NCBI GenBank assembly: GCA_030141605.1
Contig: JAQGDQ010000154.1
Coordinates: 186,001-250,000, forward strand
Direction: 5' to 3'
Origin: Tubiluchus corallicola
Lineage: Eukaryota; Animalia; Priapulida
Length of the DNA: 64,000 nucleotides
Part shown: positions 60,901 to 64,000 of the stretch, in pieces
Position numbering within the stretch: the first letter of the stretch is position 1
Layout of the letters: every line of letters starts with the position of its first letter
Program-made: the position numbers and the translations under genes
The notes under the pieces: generated by a model
Told to the model about the DNA's origin: nothing
Seen by the model: only the letters and a program-made list of their open reading frames with translations
Databases searched by the model: none

Positions 60901-63360
60901 GTAAATTAACATTGAGGTTTTTCTATAAAAGTGTTAAATAACTAAGTACTTTCTAATGAGTTAATTGTAAGTGTTTCACTCGCCGGTAAAAGTATTTCTA
61001 AAGAAACATCACTAAAACATTCATGGAAAGAACTACCGAGCGCTGAACTATAGGCGGTGGCATTAAGTTCACTTTCTTAGCCCAAAAATGTTTGAGCTTT
61101 TTCTTTAATCTTTAAACAGACTGTCAAATACTGAGACGCCAATAATCGACTTACTTAATGCTACCTTTAACGGGAGATCCACTCTTGATTGAGTGCAAGG
61201 TTAGGTTGCCGAGTGATTTAGATTTTGGATTGCAACCACGCAGTCTTGAGTTCGACCTTGCGGCTGCTAGCGTGTCCTGGACCTATTTTAACTTACATGT
61301 CATTAATTTTTGTTGCTTGTGTGTTGCGTCCTTACCAAGTGTAGGTCGCTAGATAGCCGTTAGTGCTATGGTTGTCTGATTAAAGGGCTTATGACACTAT
61401 TTTTCATGTTATTTTCTTTTATAGTATATGCAGAATTAATTTTGCCAATTTTAAAACAGTTTTGATGCATGCTTTCGTGTGATACGGTAACTTAAATTAA
61501 GCGCCGTTGGCACGGTCACAAATATTATCGCCTGCCATTACACTCAGTGCTGTGACATCACGTCAGGAAGTGGCAATTTCCAGCCGTAGTACAATACACA
61601 GCTTGTGGCCCCATCAAGCAGACCACTGTGAACACTGAACAGAACGGTTATTGCTGAGTAATGATTTATTAATAAAAACGTTTCTTATAATAGTATTTAT
61701 TCCTTTACAGCAAATAAACTTATAAGAATCAGTTTTCATTTTACAAACCTGCAAGGAACAGCAAATTTATGGTAACAAACACAGTATGCTACTATGATGT
61801 TACTGTACCATTATTTAAACTGTGTAGGCTGTATGAACAATAGGTATGCCGAGTACTCCTACGAATTAGATAAAGCTGCAAGTAAGCTGCTAGCAATTAT
61901 TTTGGGCTAGATGCACAGTAGATAAGGCAATAATTAACCTTCGTAACTAAATTTCCTAAAAGCTATATTAGTCTATGTTAGCAGTAAGACTTTTCAGCCC
62001 TACCAATTATACCTCCCTTTCTTCACGTCTTGAAATATTTCTCCTGATTTTTTACACGTTACTTTAACGTAAAATGACACAAAACGCGACCGCAGTGAGG
62101 TTAGAACATAATTTCCGTTTGCCATAAATAGAATCGCCCATCTATCCTGCAAGACATGGCGAAAAATAAAGTTTGGGCAGTTACACGTAGAAAAAAGTGC
62201 TCGGCTGCATAAAACTTATACGCACGCCGATCAGCAGTCAAACTGTAGACCATGAGAATATTTTTTACTTAAATATTTAAAGTTTTTTTTTCTCTAAAAC
62301 CTCATTTGCACATTCGAAAAAATGCCTCAAAGGTTTTCCCAAGTGTCTAAAAATGTAGAGAGCACTCTTTAATGAGTTAAAAATGTTGTCTGAAAGGCGT
62401 TTCTTCTTAGTTTTCCATTTTTTTTACTTTTGAATCTCACATTAAGTCGGACAGTATAACTGGTCTGCACAGGCTCAAAACGTCGGTAAAGCCCAGGGAA
62501 CAAAATCTATCATTACTGCCTTATTGTCTAGCTCTTTGCTCGTCAATCATACTTAAGAACCTGTTATTTTTACAATTTTATATGCTGAAAAACGTAAAAA
62601 TGATCACTGTTTGTCAGAAGCATTGTCTGAACGAGACATCGGGCAAAAGATAACTTGGCAGTGATACATCTCCAAAATATAGTGCATTCAAGTAAGTGTG
62701 GACAACCCTAAGCTTAACACTAAAGTACCAAAATGCGAGTACCCCATCTCTTCATTACAGGTGCATCGCTTGATTTCTCCCACATGTAAATACAGCGAGA
62801 GTCACACATGCGCAGTGTCGTTCCTAGGGAAACGGGACGTCATTTCCGCTTTCTTTCCCGATTTTTTGTTTTTCGCAAGACGTCTGTGCGGCGCTAAATT
62901 TGAAGTGTTTCAATGCAAACCAAAGCGAAACGCACAAATTAAAAAAAATTAAGCCACTTTTTTGTATCAAGCTAGTCAATAGTGAATTTTGACTGCAAGT
63001 ATCTACCAGGGTGTCAGTGGACGTTTAAACAAGCGAAGGGTAATTAAATGTTGTCTTTGTCCTTTGTCTTTTCTATGACAAAAAATCCTTGAAAGGGAAA
63101 AGAGAGATAGTCCAGTCTAACCTGCACTACCACAAAAAGTTTTTACAACGCAGTGATAAATACGTTGAGTACTTCAGTTCCGAGTTAACTTGTTAAAAAT
63201 TCGTGTGCAAGGGAACAAGTTGTTCACAAGTTTCGAGACCATTAATCTACCAACTTCGAAATACTCACAAAGTAACTCACCAAGTTAGTATTAATGAACA
63301 GGCTTTCAATATTTGCAGCGTTTGATAATAACTGAAGTCCATGTTTTGTTATTAAGAGGC

Positions 63361-63960
63361 ACAAATCTATGCGACAAACATAAGTTGTCATCATTTCAAC
63401 TGTTTCTAAAAATACCAGGATCGAAATATTTCATACAGATTCTTGACATAAAATGACATAAAAACTAATATTATAAAAGTCCACTAAACGATCATTAATT
63501 CAGTTACGAGTTGTAAAGCATTAAGGCGCGTTGAGTGAGTCGAGAGTAACTCGCCGTGACGTTCATACTAGACAATAAATCAACTCTCAGCAACTGTCAG
63601 AGAGTTCCCAATTTCTTGCTGACAGTAACTCGCAAAGTAGTTCAGACTTACGTTTTTTTCTCAGAGAAAAAACTCGCTAGTCTGAAAGCGCCGTTATCAA
63701 GATTATTGGTTCACACTACAATGGAACGACCCCAGTGTAACAGCTTTATATCGAAATTAGTGATTCTTGAATTTGATCGAATATTGATAGACTCAAATCT
63801 ATGCAACAAACATAAGTTGTCATCATTTCTAAAAACACCAGAATCGAAATATTTCATGCAGATCCCAGCATAAAATGATAGTGTCTCATAACCTAAAGCT
63901 GTAAAACTCCACTGAAAGATCATTAATTCAGTTACAAGTTGAAAAGCATCAACAGCGCGT
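63361..63960. repeat. ~430-bp-period duplication with MITE copies
   Basis: caaatctatgc.acaaacataagttgtcatcatttc...atcattaattcagttac at 63361 and 63794, each followed by the Harbinger-like MITE (63521-63696; 63951 to window end). Confidence 0.75.
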
Positions 63961-64000
63961 TTAGGCTATCGAATTTTCTCGTCAAGTAACTCGCAAGCCT

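Noticed and set aside
61828-62691. Next alkaline phosphatase exon (candidates at ~61828 and ~62618)
   Set aside because: Both give in-frame stops in the required phase and lack a clear IYxGQ...GEE...FP motif.

Overview
AT-rich, intron-containing genomic DNA from an invertebrate animal (bilaterian-type genes; the taxon cannot be fixed from the sequence alone). Genes were reconstructed by hand from GT-AG sites and reading phase. (1) The 3' seven exons of single-minded (sim, bHLH-PAS; +, 763-6930; the bHLH exon lies upstream of the window). (2) A complete 3-exon NDUFB4 (complex I B15; -, 10030-15980). (3) Orphan C-terminal exons of a serine beta-lactamase-family protein (-, 22918-23573) amid other decayed exon-like pieces. 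(4) A 1965-aa secreted Pro/Gln-rich protein with no Cys or Trp in the mature chain, four internal repeat families (including 25 x PQQD[S/A]DPRYGP) and a C-terminal RGD (+, 33669-39839). (5) A 6-exon, 291-aa secreted Tyr-rich protein with a possible cystatin-like fold that depends on a 31-nt micro-exon (+, 46925-53881). (6) An intronless class A GPCR lacking the DRY motif (-, 54658-55728). (7) The 5' exons of an alkaline phosphatase (+, 59077-60900). Intergenic and intronic DNA holds tRNA-derived SINEs, MITEs, LINE 3' remnants, 16- and 17-bp minisatellites, a GC-rich hairpin-repeat array and many long microsatellites. The best candidate for an undescribed system is the 33-61 kb block, where two unrecognised secreted matrix-like proteins lie next to an alkaline phosphatase; it may be an extracellular-matrix, biomineral or adhesive locus. 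This is inference and needs expression or proteomic support. No database searches were run.
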